Below, one piece after another: positions 13,080 through 25,906 of a stretch of 64,000 nucleotides of DNA. Under the pieces are notes generated by a model. The model was not told the origin of the DNA, searched no databases, and saw only the letters and a list, made by a program, of their open reading frames with translations. The DNA is from Eledone cirrhosa (taxonomy: Eukaryota). Positions within the stretch are counted from its first letter, which is position 1. Every line of letters begins with the position of its first letter. The translations under genes and the position numbers were made by a program. The stretch is taken from NCBI GenBank assembly GCA_964016885.1, contig OZ024740.1, positions 283,402,001 to 283,466,000 on the forward strand. Direction: 5' to 3'.

Positions 13080-13182
13080 TGTGTGTGTGTGTATTTTTCT
13101 TTTGAATAAAACAGTTCTAGTCCTGTAGAAGGCATTTCTAAATTGAATATTATATACTGTATTTATATATATATATATATAT

Positions 13183-13565
13183 GAATTCTGAATATATGTT
13201 GGTTGTTTACCGACACCTTAGTATGCAGATTTGAGCACTCGACGAAGTAGGTAGGTTGGTTTGTTTACTCCGGCGTAATGTAAAATAATTATGTCAAATA
13301 TATAAAATTTGGCTTCGTTTATTATAAATTATAGATATACTGCTATATATATTTAGGTGACAGCCATCATTGGCTGTGATCTCTTCGGGCAGTCCGAATT
13401 GGTGTGGGAAAGACACTTCAACAACATGTGTACCTGTCTTTCCCACACCAATTCAGACTGCCTGAAGAAGCCAATGATGGCTGCCACCGAAATATATATA
13501 GCAGTATATCTATAATTTATAATAAATGAAGCAAAATTTTACATATTTGACTTAATTATTTTTTA
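13183..13565. mobile_element. TA-embedded fold-back HHR element, family F
   Basis: About 130-bp inverted arms centred near 13425 plus a 100-bp left extension; HHR motif in both arms. Confidence 0.85.
13457..13505 (+). ncRNA. Type I hammerhead ribozyme (family F)
   Basis: actgc CTGAAGA agcca-atga-tggct gccacc GAAA tatata TA gcagt; the opposite arm keeps the longer stem II but has a mutated core. Confidence 0.8.
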
Positions 13566-13568
13566 TAC

Positions 13569-13669
<101 letters not shown>

Positions 13670-15482
13670 CATGCATGCGTGCGCCGTGCGTGTGAGTATG
13701 TATGTGTGTGAAAATTAAATGTTAAAAGCACAACTAACGACGAAGTTCAATGAAGATATATGTTAGTTTCACGTTTAATATAGTAGAAAGAGACTTAATA
13801 TTTCGGACGCTAGTCCTTCTTCAGAAAATAGAATGAGAAATTAAAGAAGAAATAGAAAGATAAAGGAGAGTGAGCAAGGACAGAAACGAAAAACATTTTT
13901 TCAAGAAAAAGCAAGTCTGTTCCATTCGCCATCTCTTGGAAAACTTTTGTAAGGAGCTTTTCTGGTGTAGTAAATTCAGTTGGGCGTCTTATCATTTTTA
14001 TAGTGGGTGTATATAAGTTTTTCTAAGTGTGTGTATGTGTATGTGTGTATGTGTGTGGGTTCTTTGTTGTTTGTGTGCAAGAACTCGTGAGGATATTTGT
14101 GTATAAATTTAAGAGCGAGAGGGGGAGAAAGAGAGAGAGTAGTTTTGTGTGTGTTTGCATGATCTCTGTTGCTCCGTACAGAGCTGTGAGTGCAAGTGTA
14201 GGGGTTTATTGTCGGTATGTACAAAGCTGTGTGGTGGGAGGGAGTTCTGACCGTAACAAAGACATAGGAAACTTGAGGTCGAATGTTCGCATGTGTTTGT
14301 GTTCATACAAACATACACACATGCAAATGGACACACACATTATACACTCATTAAATTGCTATTTATAGCAGGGCTTATAACCATGTTAGTGCTGATGGGA
14401 ATATCCCATCGAAGCACACCGTACATTTTTTTGTTTTGTTTTTTTGATTGGAAATGTCGTATCTCATTGCATGTGCTTTTTCGGGGTTAATGGTGTAGAG
14501 TTGCACAACTGTTATTGATTGGTCTGCACATATATTTTGCACTCTGAAACGATCATAAACAACGGACTAATTAACTACTGCACCTTGTCTTATTTTTACA
14601 TTGTTCAACGCAGAAAAGAAAAACGTATTCAATCCCGTAACTGGAGTATATATTAACTTAATTCAGCAATCCCAAGCCAGAACCTAATTGGCTGAAACTA
14701 AAATTGTGTACAAACTGCTATGTTTCTCTTATCAGGAATCCATTTTGATTTTAAAAATAAACAAGCTTATTTGCTTGTTTTCAAATTAAATAACATGACA
14801 AATACGAAGCTGATATTCCGTGTCATAGAAGAGGGAGTAAAGTGCATGATATCTGAGATATTACACCTTTAATTCTCTAGGCGTTTATTCTACATGTTAG
14901 AAATAACTGATAGTTTCTATGAAATCCCACCATACCACCTTAAAAGAAAGAAAGGTTTAGAAAATAGCGTAGATGTACAAAACGAGTGGTCCGGCTGCAA
15001 CACTAAAATAAAAGGATGAGAACTATCGTTATCACAATCGTAATCATCAGTGTCGTCGTCTTCTTCATCATCATTACCATCACCATTGATATCGTTATAG
15101 TTATGGCCATCATCATCGATATTACTCGTAGTTGTCATCCATTCTAGTAGCAATATTTTTCGTTATTTTCTTGTTTTGTATTTAGTATTCCAGTTGTTGC
15201 AGTTATTGCGGTTAATGTTTTTATTGATGTTTGGTGATATCATATTTTCTCATCTATTTTTTTACAGTACAGAACGGCTACGTTCTTCGAGCTCCCCATT
15301 GCACAGTACAATCTCCCATCCCACACCAAGTTTTTCCAGAGATAAACTTAGTGAAGCTAGACCCATAAAATATAAAATGAAAAATACAAAAAATAAAAAG
15401 AACAAAAAAAAAAATCAAACATTAAATTTGTATTTTGAATAATGTTTTCAATCACGACAAATCTATTGGAGAAACAAAACAT

Positions 15483-15592
15483 TATCATCAACAACAATAT
15501 CATCAACAACAATATCATCAACAACAATATCATCAACAACAATATCATCAACAATAATATCATCAACAACAATATCATCAGCAACAATATCA
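15483..15592. repeat. 15-bp minisatellite (ATCATCAACAACAAT)n
   Basis: About 7 tandem copies read directly. Confidence 0.9.
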
Positions 15593-17014
15593 AGAACAGT
15601 AAAGGATAATAAGAACAGCGGGTATAAAATAAAACAATAACAAACAAATTCCCAAGATCAATATTATATAGACAGAAAATCAATGGTAGAATTGAATTCC
15701 CAAGGATGAACCAATGAAAACAATATATTTGTAATGTTTAACGAAGCGTATCTATGATGAGATCTCCGAACACCAAGTAGAATGTAACAAAAACAACAAC
15801 AAGCAAAATAAAAAGAAATGAAGACACATAAAAATAAGAGACGGGAAGAGAAGGGAAGGAAGATGAAGAAGCAAAGGGGAAAGGAGAAGGAAGGAAACCA
15901 ATAAATAAAAGAATGAATTAGATAAACAGAAGTGTTGGTGGTAGAGGAGCAGAAGGGTATTGGATGCCGAGTTTCCAGTCGCAGATTTTAGTAATGTCAG
16001 TCTGACCAGAGAGCAGGCCGACCGTGACATCATAAGGATTTGAAGAAGCAAATTGTTGAGGGAAATCCGCCATTTTGTTCGCTATATTTTTGCATCATGT
16101 ATCGGGCATGTCTAGATTACATTCATTGTTTAAACTACACTTCTCTTTCTTTCTATTTCTCCTTCATGTTTTCGTCTTTTACGATAAGTTTAGGCTACAT
16201 TCATTGTTTAATCTATTCCACTCCTTCTCTCTATTCTCTTTCGGTTTTCATTGTTTTACTTGGTCTTAATCTTTTTATTACTAAGCATTTTTTCCAGTCA
16301 TTTTTTCTTTCCTTTTATTTCTTTGTGTTTTTCTTAATCCTGTCGTGATTTCTGATTCACTTTGATGTTGTTTACATCATCTCTTGTATGTACCGAATTC
16401 CTAACCATATCGTTATACCTTTATCAACAAATCTTCATATCTCTGTCCCCTTCTTTTTCTCAGTCTCACAGAGTTAGTTCTTCCCTGCCCATATTCCTTC
16501 TATATATGCAAAAACATCCATGTTTCCATATAACAAACCTTTTTTCATATTCACCCACAGAAAATGTATGAAGAATATGTATACTAATGTTGCCCTCGAA
16601 ATGGGTTTTTATGTCAGTCTGTCTATGCTGAACTACACGGATTGCACCTGACAATGTCTTTCCTCTATACATGATATATCTATGAGTTCTTCAAAATCCA
16701 CCCCTTTCTTCCAGATCTTTACTGAAATATCATTTCTTGAACATGTCCATCTCAGCAAATTCTAAAGTATGATACTCGATATGATGGACTGTTGGTCAGG
16801 TATCAGATGTCAGGCTAAACAAGTTAGAGAGAGGAGGAGAAAGAGAACGAGAGAGGGAGAAAGAGAACAAGAAAAAGAGGGAGAAAAAGCCTTGAGAGAG
16901 AGAGAGAGTGATGAAGGGTGCAGCAGGGTGGGGGTATTATGTACTAATCGATGAGGCAGTTGACGAGTGATTGATAGCAAGCCACAGAACGAACGTTGGA
17001 GAGAGCGCGCTCAA

Positions 17015-18050
17015 ACATACACATACTCACACAGATACACATGCTCACACACATACACATACTCACACACATACACATGCTCACACACATACACACGCTC
17101 ACACACATACACACGCTCACACACATACACATACTCACACAGATACACATGCTTACATACATATACATGCTCACACACATACACACGCTCACACACATAC
17201 ACACGCTCACACACATACACACGCTCACACACATACACATACTCACACAGATACACATGCTTACACACATATAGATGCTCACACACATACACATGTTTAC
17301 ACACATACACATACTCACACAGATACACATGCTTACACACATATACATGCTCACACACATACACATGTTTACACACATACACATACTCACACAGATACAC
17401 ATGCTTACACACATATACATGCTCACACACATACACATGCTTACACACATACACATACTCACACAGATACACATGCTTACACACATACACACGCTCACAC
17501 ACATACACACGCTCACACACATACACATACTCACACAGATACACATGCTTACACACATATACATGCTCACACACATACACACGCTCACACACATACACAT
17601 ACTCACACAGATACACATGCTCACACACATACACACGCTCACACACATACACACGCTCACACACATACACATACTCACACAGATACACATGCTCACACAC
17701 ATACACACGCTCACACACATACACACGCTCAAACACACACACATACTCACACCAGATACACATGCTTACACACATATACATGCTCACAAACATACACACG
17801 CTCACACACATACACACGCTCACACACATACACATACTCACACAGATACACATGCTTACACACATATACATGCTCACAAACACACACGCTCACACACATA
17901 CACACGCTCACCCACATACACATACTCACACAGATACACATGCTTACACACATATACATGCTCACACACATACACATGCTTATGCACTCGTTCACACGCA
18001 TACACATGTATATACACACGCTCATACACATACATCCACACACACACACA
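17015..18050. repeat. 18-bp CA-derived minisatellite (CACACATACACACGCTCA variants)
   Basis: More than 50 tandem variant units; explains the 363-aa HT-repeat ORFs. Confidence 0.95.
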
Positions 18051-19023
18051 AGTTATAAGTGAATACTCGTTACGTTTACACAGTACTGTTTTCTTTCTCC
18101 GAACTCTTCGTTGTTTGGGGGCGAATGGAAGATACATCGATGAAAATATTATTATATTTGTCTGAAATTGCTTCTTTATTTGATATTATATTTGTAGTGC
18201 TTTAGCAAAATACTGGCGTAGAGAATATATTTATTCTCTTATTTGTTTATTAATCTTTTTTATATATATCTACTTTTACCCACATTGGAAAATACATATG
18301 ACGGGTATTACTCTAGGTTATATAATAAATGTCATTGAATTGTATCATTCGGGAACCTGAAGTTATTGATACATGCCTGTAGCTTTCATAACAGAAATAC
18401 GCCTTCTTGTACAAGGTACCTTGAGAAGATATCGTTTCAGTATTTTCTCTGTGTGTTTACCATTTAAATACCAGGTATTATCGGAGTGTTCTAGAGAAAG
18501 AAACTTCTGTATCTATTCGAAAATACCCTGATTGCTGTAGAAACGTCTTCGTTATCACCAGGATTCCTGTTATCGGGACATTTTACCCGTGTCAAAATAT
18601 CTCTACGATTTCTTCCTAACACCTACCACAGCGTCATTAGAACTCATCTGTATATTCACTGATCGATATACAACATCTTTTACTTGTATATATCTAATAT
18701 AAATAGATACTAAATGTCACCATCGCTGGTGATCATATCACATCTCACACATTCACAGCTAAGGTGTAATCAACTGGAAAGTGTTTATCTGATGCACGCC
18801 CGTATTTGCGGTAAACTAGTCCTCAGTGAACTTTTGTCATGTGTTAATGTTAAATAAATATTCAATGCTATTAGAAACCAGATTCCTAATAACAGATAAA
18901 GAGATACTCATATGTATAATTGTACATTTTTAATTGGTTATTCTCTTAATGGATATTATTTCCATTCTTCACTTGAAAGTCCGCTTCACAGTTTATTAGT
19001 TTAACACACCCACGCGCGCGCAC

Positions 19024-19056
<33 letters not shown>

Positions 19057-19072
19057 TCCACACACACATACC

Positions 19073-19118
<46 letters not shown>

Positions 19119-19173
19119 TGCGAACACACTATCTTGAAGAAGGCATGTGTTGCATTCATATATATATATATAT

Positions 19174-19363
19174 GGGAAAAGTATGACCCCGACGGGAGAG
19201 CTCAAGCCGTTTCGACGGCTATTTCTGGACGAGAAATAGCCGTCAAAACGGCTTGAGCCCTGCCGTCAGGGTCATACTTTTTCCTATTACCCACTCTACT
19301 ACACTAAGTATTGAGTACTCTGGTGCGTTATGGTCAATCTGGTTCCTTACCACAATTCCTTCG

Positions 19364-19365
<2 letters not shown>
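19174..19365 (+). mobile_element. TA-embedded fold-back element, family A copy 2
   Basis: Same ends as 12475-12673; central hairpin GACGGCTATTTCT-GGACG-AGAAATAGCCGTC. Confidence 0.85.
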
Positions 19366-19420
<55 letters not shown>

Positions 19421-19791
19421 TCTATATGTATATTTCTACAGTACATGTGTAGGGAAGGCATCTCGTTTGAAATGCCTGAGGCGATGTGTGTTATGACGGT
19501 GCCCCTACGATTCCATCAAGTGTTAAAGTCTCAGGGTTTTGGAAATAGCAATGGAAACTACAAATTGTCTTGTTTTCTGATTTTAAATTAAATATGAGGT
19601 TAATCGATGAAAGATCCCACCAGCTATTTTATATATACATTCGTTATAGAATACTGTGTATTTATTCAGTATCTGTTATATCTCAGGATGCGAAAGCTAA
19701 GGCACATTTTGTAAGCCCTGATATTAGATCCAAATTTGACACCATTATTATTAGTTTAATGTTAAATAAATATTCAATGCTATTAGAAACC

Positions 19792-20185
19792 AGATTGGCA
19801 GTATCAGTAGAGGGTCGGGCGCCATGCCTTGCAGCAAAGAGTTACGGCCCTTTATGGTCTGGGTTCAAATCCCGCCGAGGTTAACTTTGCCTTTCATCCT
19901 TACGAGGTCGATAAAATAAAGTACCAGTAATGCACTACGTAATTACTGGCCTTGTGCCAAAAGTTAGAAACAATTATTATTAGTTTAAGGGGTGGTGGAT
20001 TTGCAGTATCGGTAGAGGGTCGGACGCCATGCTTTGACGCATAGAGTTACGGCCCTTGCCATTCTGAGTTCAAATCCCGCCGAGGTTAACTTTGCCTTTC
20101 TTCCTTATGGGTCGATAAAATAAAGTACCAGTAATGCACTGGGTATTTGCTGGCCTTGTGCCAAAAGTAGAAACAATTATTATTA
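19792..20185 (+). mobile_element. Two tandem copies of the tRNA-derived SINE
   Basis: Head-to-tail copies at about 19792-19985 and 19990-20185. Confidence 0.9.
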
Positions 20186-20875
20186 GTTTAACAGTTTTTT
20201 AAGATCAGAAGATCAATGATGATTGAATGGTAGTAGCACATATCTATTACCATGACAGAAATTGAAGGTACGATTTCTCTATGAGTTCTTAAAAATATTT
20301 CCGTCCACGACCTGAATGATCCCTGTTTAGAACATTCATCTTTGCCACATACGACGGTAGTTCAGTATGGTTGAAGTGGATGTTGATCCTTGCTACGTAG
20401 ATTTGATACATCTAGACATCCTTCGTGTTTTGTTTTCATTTAAATGGGCATTTTATATAGGGTATCTGAACCTTTTAGAAATAACACTCAAATCACACTC
20501 TATTTTTCTTAAAGAGATACTGAAGAATATAATTCCTTGACAGGCTTAAAAAGACAGTAGTCATAGCGGAAATGACTGATCAAAGACACTCCAATTATGC
20601 AAATGCAAGGTTAAAGTGGATCAACGTCTTTAGATGAGCATATGGGGTGAATGAGGTATCAAAACCTGAAGCAATATCTAGTACGTATAGTATATCAACA
20701 TTGAATATCTCTTGTGGAAACAAATATATATTACTAGTTACATTCAATAGAGCGTGACCACGCCGCAGTAAAACATTTCAGAGTGAAGTATAACGATTCC
20801 ACTAACTAAGTAATCGACGTGTATTTATTTAATCTATATTTTTGTTAATGTTATTATTATTTTCAGTAGATTTAG

Positions 20876-21095
20876 GGAGTTGGATTGGCAGTATCGGTAG
20901 AGCGTTGGACAAGATGCTTTGCAGCATATAGTTACGTCCCTTTACAATCTGAGTTCAAATGACACCGAGATTAGCTTTACCCTTCATCCTTATACGGTCG
21001 ATAAAATAAGGTACCAGTAATGCACTTGGATCTATTTTATCAACGTTCACGCCGCTCCAAATTGTTGGCCTTGCACCCAAATCAGAAACCCTTAT
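20876..21095 (+). mobile_element. tRNA-derived SINE, diverged long form
   Basis: Head, B-box, core and tail recognisable. Confidence 0.85.
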
Positions 21096-22193
21096 TTTTA
21101 GTAGATTGTTAAAAGAGGAAGAGCAGTGCCCATGAGCTTGTCAGGGGTATCTTAGGCGGGTGAACGGAAGAGGTCGAGAGATGACACCAATACTTGAGGC
21201 AGAGTGGACTCCACTGATAGCAGCGGCGGACCAGGTTGATAAGATATAAAGAGTATCTGTGTAGTCATTTTACGCCCAGAAACCTTACCAAACAGTGCAA
21301 CGTATATTGTCTGATCTCTGACCTGCACCGATTGCTTCATCATGAAAGGACTTCAATTTGAAATATACAGAGGAAATTTGAGCAAATAGTGAAATCAAGT
21401 GCAGACTAATTAACAAAATGTTGTTACATTGTTAATGTAAAGTCAAGCATGACAATTCAATACGAACGGATTACGCTGACATTGGCATAGGAAATACATA
21501 GAGACCATTTCCTGATGACGATAATAATGATGATTGTGATAATTATGATGGTGGTGAAGTTAAGACGACAATTAAGATGATTATTATGCTGATGATGAAA
21601 ATGAAAACTATAATGATAATCATAATGGTGGTGCTAAAAAGATGGCGGCAACAAGGGTAATGATTACGATGACGATGACGATGATGTTTATGGTAATGAT
21701 GGTGAACAGAAAGAGTAGGATGTCTATGATGATGCGGTCAATGAAAGCATAGAAGTTAATTTCATTTATATTGCACACGTTGATGAACAAACCTTATTGA
21801 GTATTTGATCGAGATTATAATGGCAGAGGAAAATAATTATTGTTGTTAATATTATTACATTATTAATAATGGCAATAAAAATAATAATATTAATGATAAT
21901 AACAATAACATAGCTACAATAATAATTATTATAATTTTACTAATATTATTATTATTATTACTGGTATAGTTCAATATGTCATTGAAGAGGGCTCTCTCCC
22001 AAGAGAGGCCAAGATAATGTGTGGTTCAGATGTCACTGTCATGTCCACTGTTCTGTACAGGGCTAATCGAATTAACTGTCTGTTTGGCTTCATTTAAACA
22101 TTACGATAATTGGTTTAGTTACCAAAAACGATAACACTCGACTTGTGACTTGTTATATAGAATTCGAGTAGTGTAAGGTGAATAATAAATGTT

Positions 22194-22271
<78 letters not shown>

Positions 22272-22596
22272 GTGTATGTGTGTATGTGAGTGTATGTATG
22301 CATCTCTCTCTCTCTATATATATATACATATATATGCAAATATATATATATATACATATATATTTAATACAATAACAGAGATAGTTTAAAGCTAAACTCT
22401 GACTGGCAACCATCTCACTCAACAAACATTAGGTTATATTAAAATATAAACCCAATTTAAGTGTTTGGGGTGCTAACAATATGTTTAATGTGGAAAAACC
22501 AGTTGTATTATTTTATGAGATATAATTAAAGTTAAAGTATATCTCTCTTTCCAAACAATTGTTCATTATAAGTTTTCTACAAGTTTGGGAGAATGT

Positions 22597-22707
<111 letters not shown>

Positions 22708-22719
22708 TTATATAGATAT

Positions 22720-22919
22720 ATTAAAATAACAGATTATAGTTTAAGCAAAGAATCGCTGCTTTCACCCTTAGCGGGATCTTCGGTGAAAGCAGCGATTCTT
22801 TGCTTAAACTTTAATCTGTTATTTTAATAAATATTTGCTCTACGGTTCTTATATATTTGATATATATTTATCCTTATCGAGCCCTCTTTGGATTTTAGTC
22901 TTCAAATTTATTATTATTA

Positions 22920-22921
<2 letters not shown>
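22720..22921 (+). mobile_element. TA-embedded fold-back element, family D copy 1 (HHR 3' half)
   Basis: About 48-bp arms plus a 3' extension that is the reverse complement of 53221-53310; GAAA gcag-cgattct-ttgc TT aaact. Confidence 0.8.
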
Positions 22922-22963
<42 letters not shown>

Positions 22964-23391
22964 ATGGTCATTTGCTTATATGAAATGTCTACGACCTGTC
23001 AAACATTAATAATTTTTCTCTTTCTCGCACACCCCTTTTCACTCTTGTTTTATATCTATATGTAGATATATGTCTGTGTATACATATATATGTATACACA
23101 AACACACACACACACATACCCACACACACGCACGTTCGCACGCACGCACACACATACACACTTACATACAATATAAATCTGTATATATACAATACTGAGG
23201 TAAATGAGAATTTACACATTGAGCATATAAACACAGATTTTACGTATTTCCCTGTAAATAAAAACTGATAGTATAATACACGAGATAAAAATGACAATAT
23301 TTAAGCCCCTTCTGTAGAAATGGCTTCTACGGGACTAGAACTATTTATTTCGAAATATATATTTATATGTATGTATATATGTATAAATGTA

Positions 23392-23440
<49 letters not shown>

Positions 23441-23443
<3 letters not shown>

Positions 23444-23527
23444 CCTACAGAAACTGCACGTCACACTCCATATATATATATATATATATATATATATGGA
23501 GTGTGACGTGCAGTTTCTGTAGGTTAT
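23441..23527. repeat. Perfect inverted repeat of about 30 bp enclosing a (TA)n tract
   Basis: TAACCTACAGAAACTGCACGTCACACTCCA-(TA)n-TGGAGTGTGACGTGCAGTTTCTGTAGGTTA. Confidence 0.9.
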
Positions 23528-23646
23528 ATGTATATATATATATATATAAAATTAAATTAAGGGTGTCATGTCCGAGTGACATGTGCCATATCCACTGTAG
23601 AATAAGCTCAAAGATTCCAATAAATAGATCCGATTGAATCCGGGAT

Positions 23647-23765
<119 letters not shown>

Positions 23766-23999
23766 CATGAGAAGAAAGAAGAATACTGCGTGGTTTGCAC
23801 ATGGGTTACATATGATAAAAATAGTCCTTCGTCAGTGATTTTCCAACCATCATTGGTATTTCATCGCATTAAAAATCAGACACCTCAGGTTGGTGCGAGC
23901 AATAACTAAAAAAAGTTATTGGGACCAGTAATTCGCGTAAAGCGAGGGGGACAAGTAAACAACATAGAAGGTTAAAAACAAACCGAAGATAGGAAAATA

Positions 24000-24047
<48 letters not shown>

Positions 24048-24050
<3 letters not shown>

Positions 24051-24317
24051 AAATTAAAAGATGGTTTAAAAAGTTCCATAAATTTTATTATGCGCATTTC
24101 AAAAACAAATATCATCCTGGGACGATATTTTCTCTGATGAGAACGCAACTATCGTCCCAGGATGATATTTGTTTTTGAAATGCGCATAATAAAATTTATG
24201 GAACTTTGTTATCCATCTTTTAATTTTTTCTATATATACTCCAGTTCTATATACTGTTGAGTGCTACTTATCTGATATATGCATAGTTTTATTGTTCTAC
24301 AATAAAACTCACCTCCT
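24048..24317 (+). mobile_element. TA-embedded fold-back HHR element, family B copy 2
   Basis: Same two outer ends as 7321-7727 but a shorter fold-back; HHR at 24127-24195. Confidence 0.9.
24127..24195 (+). ncRNA. Type I hammerhead ribozyme (family B copy 2)
   Basis: attttct CTGATGA gaacgcaactatcgtc-ccag-gatgatatttgttttt GAAA tgcgca TA ataaaat. Confidence 0.8.
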
Positions 24318-24330
24318 ACATATATATATA

Positions 24331-24719
24331 AAATTAGGATTGGTGCTCTGAAATAGCGATGTATACATGAATGAATGTATATGTATAGTATATTTGGCAA
24401 TAGTCTGTCTGTCTGTCTGCTTCTCTCTCTCTCTTACTCTGTTTCTCTCAATATACTGTATGTTTAATTAAAAACATTTTGAAGACCTTGCGCTATTATT
24501 TTAAAGTGGTGACTATGTCACTTCTTTTTTCACCAACAGTGTGAAATAGATCTGTCAGCTTATCTCCCTTCTTTTGCTGAAAAAAGAAGTAAGTGACATA
24601 GTCGTTACTTTAAAATAATAGCGCAAGGTCTTCAAAATGTTTTTAATTAAACATACAGTATATTGAGAGAAACAGAGTAAGAGAGAGAGAGAGAGAAACA
24701 GACAGACAGACAGACAACC

Positions 24720-24766
<47 letters not shown>

Positions 24767-24775
24767 GAGAGAGAC
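24331..24775. mobile_element. Family J junction fragment plus fold-back copy ending in (GA)n(CAGA)n
   Basis: 24403-24530 is inverted to 24580-24720; GAAA tagatctg TC agc at about 24543-24559; homologous to 440-740. Confidence 0.8.
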
Positions 24776-25199
24776 GGAGAAAGTCTGCAGACAAGTTACA
24801 GTGGGATAACTATAGAGAATGAAGGTGTAGGAAAGAAAGAGAGTAAGGAATAAGATGTATGAATGGGTGGAAAGTAATAACAATGATTTGTTGGTTAGAC
24901 AAAAAATATATATTCTTAGATATCAACATACATATGTGCACAGACACAAGCACCCCCCCCCCTCACCCACCACCCACACACACACACAGAGATGCGTAAA
25001 CATGCAAACTCACACATGCAAACACACACACACACACACACACGTGCACGTTCTGTGTCTGCGTTTGTATGTAAGTGTGTGTCATTCTTGTTTCTACGTT
25101 TCTTTATTTATTTGCCGATATGTGGGGTGTATATACTACGTACATACATGTATGTATATATATGCCTGTATATATGTATATATATATATATATATATAT

Positions 25200-25388
25200 A
25201 CAAAGAAAGTGTGGTAAAGAACCAGGTGGACAATAACGCACCAAAGTACTCAATACTTAGGGTAGTAGAGTGGGTAATATGAAAAGAGTCAGGACCCCGA
25301 CGGCTGAGCTCCGGCCGTTTCGACAGTTAGATCCGAACTAAACCAGTAGTATACTGGAGTTCAGCCGACGGGGTCCTGACTCTTTTCC
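25200..25388 (-). mobile_element. TA-embedded fold-back element, family A copy 3
   Basis: Reverse orientation of the 12475-12673 structure with a different centre. Confidence 0.85.
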
Positions 25389-25490
<102 letters not shown>

Positions 25491-25500
25491 TGTGTGTGTG

Positions 25501-25645
25501 TATCCCGGGTTCAATCGGGAGTAACCACAGTAAGTAAGGTACTCAATACATAGCAGAGTATAAATAGTTAATATAGAAAGGACTAGAACTATTTCATGAT
25601 GATTTCCTTCGAATGAAACGGTTCTAGTCCTGTAGAAGCCATTTA
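25501..25645. mobile_element. Microsatellite-embedded element(s), family K (HHR-like)
   Basis: Small fold-back with ATGATGA tttc-cttc-gaat GAAA cggttctag TC ctgtagaag; the same motif recurs at about 13105-13140 (+) and 23315-23345 (-). Confidence 0.55.
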
Positions 25646-25813
25646 TATATATATATAATTGCATACTATAGCATAATACAGTATAGAATAACATAGTATA
25701 ATGTGGTATATTTAGGAATATAAATAGCAACAATGTCTTATTTAGTTCAGGCTTATTCGTGCGTGTGTGCGCGCGTGTGTATGTGTGTACGTGTGTGTGC
25801 GTGTGCGTGTGTG

Positions 25814-25906
<93 letters not shown>

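Noticed and set aside
16944-18165. Long ORFs (268-363 aa) on both strands
   Set aside because: Translations of an 18-bp CA-derived minisatellite, open in nearly all frames because the unit lacks stops
21120-21350. GC-richer stretch, possible exon or LINE remnant (also 63735-63945)
   Set aside because: No recognisable motif or convincing splice-bounded ORF by eye
22362-22440. Island resembling the family D arm (AATAACAGAGATAGTTTAAAGCTAAA)
   Set aside because: Similarity too short and diverged to assign; no HHR core visible
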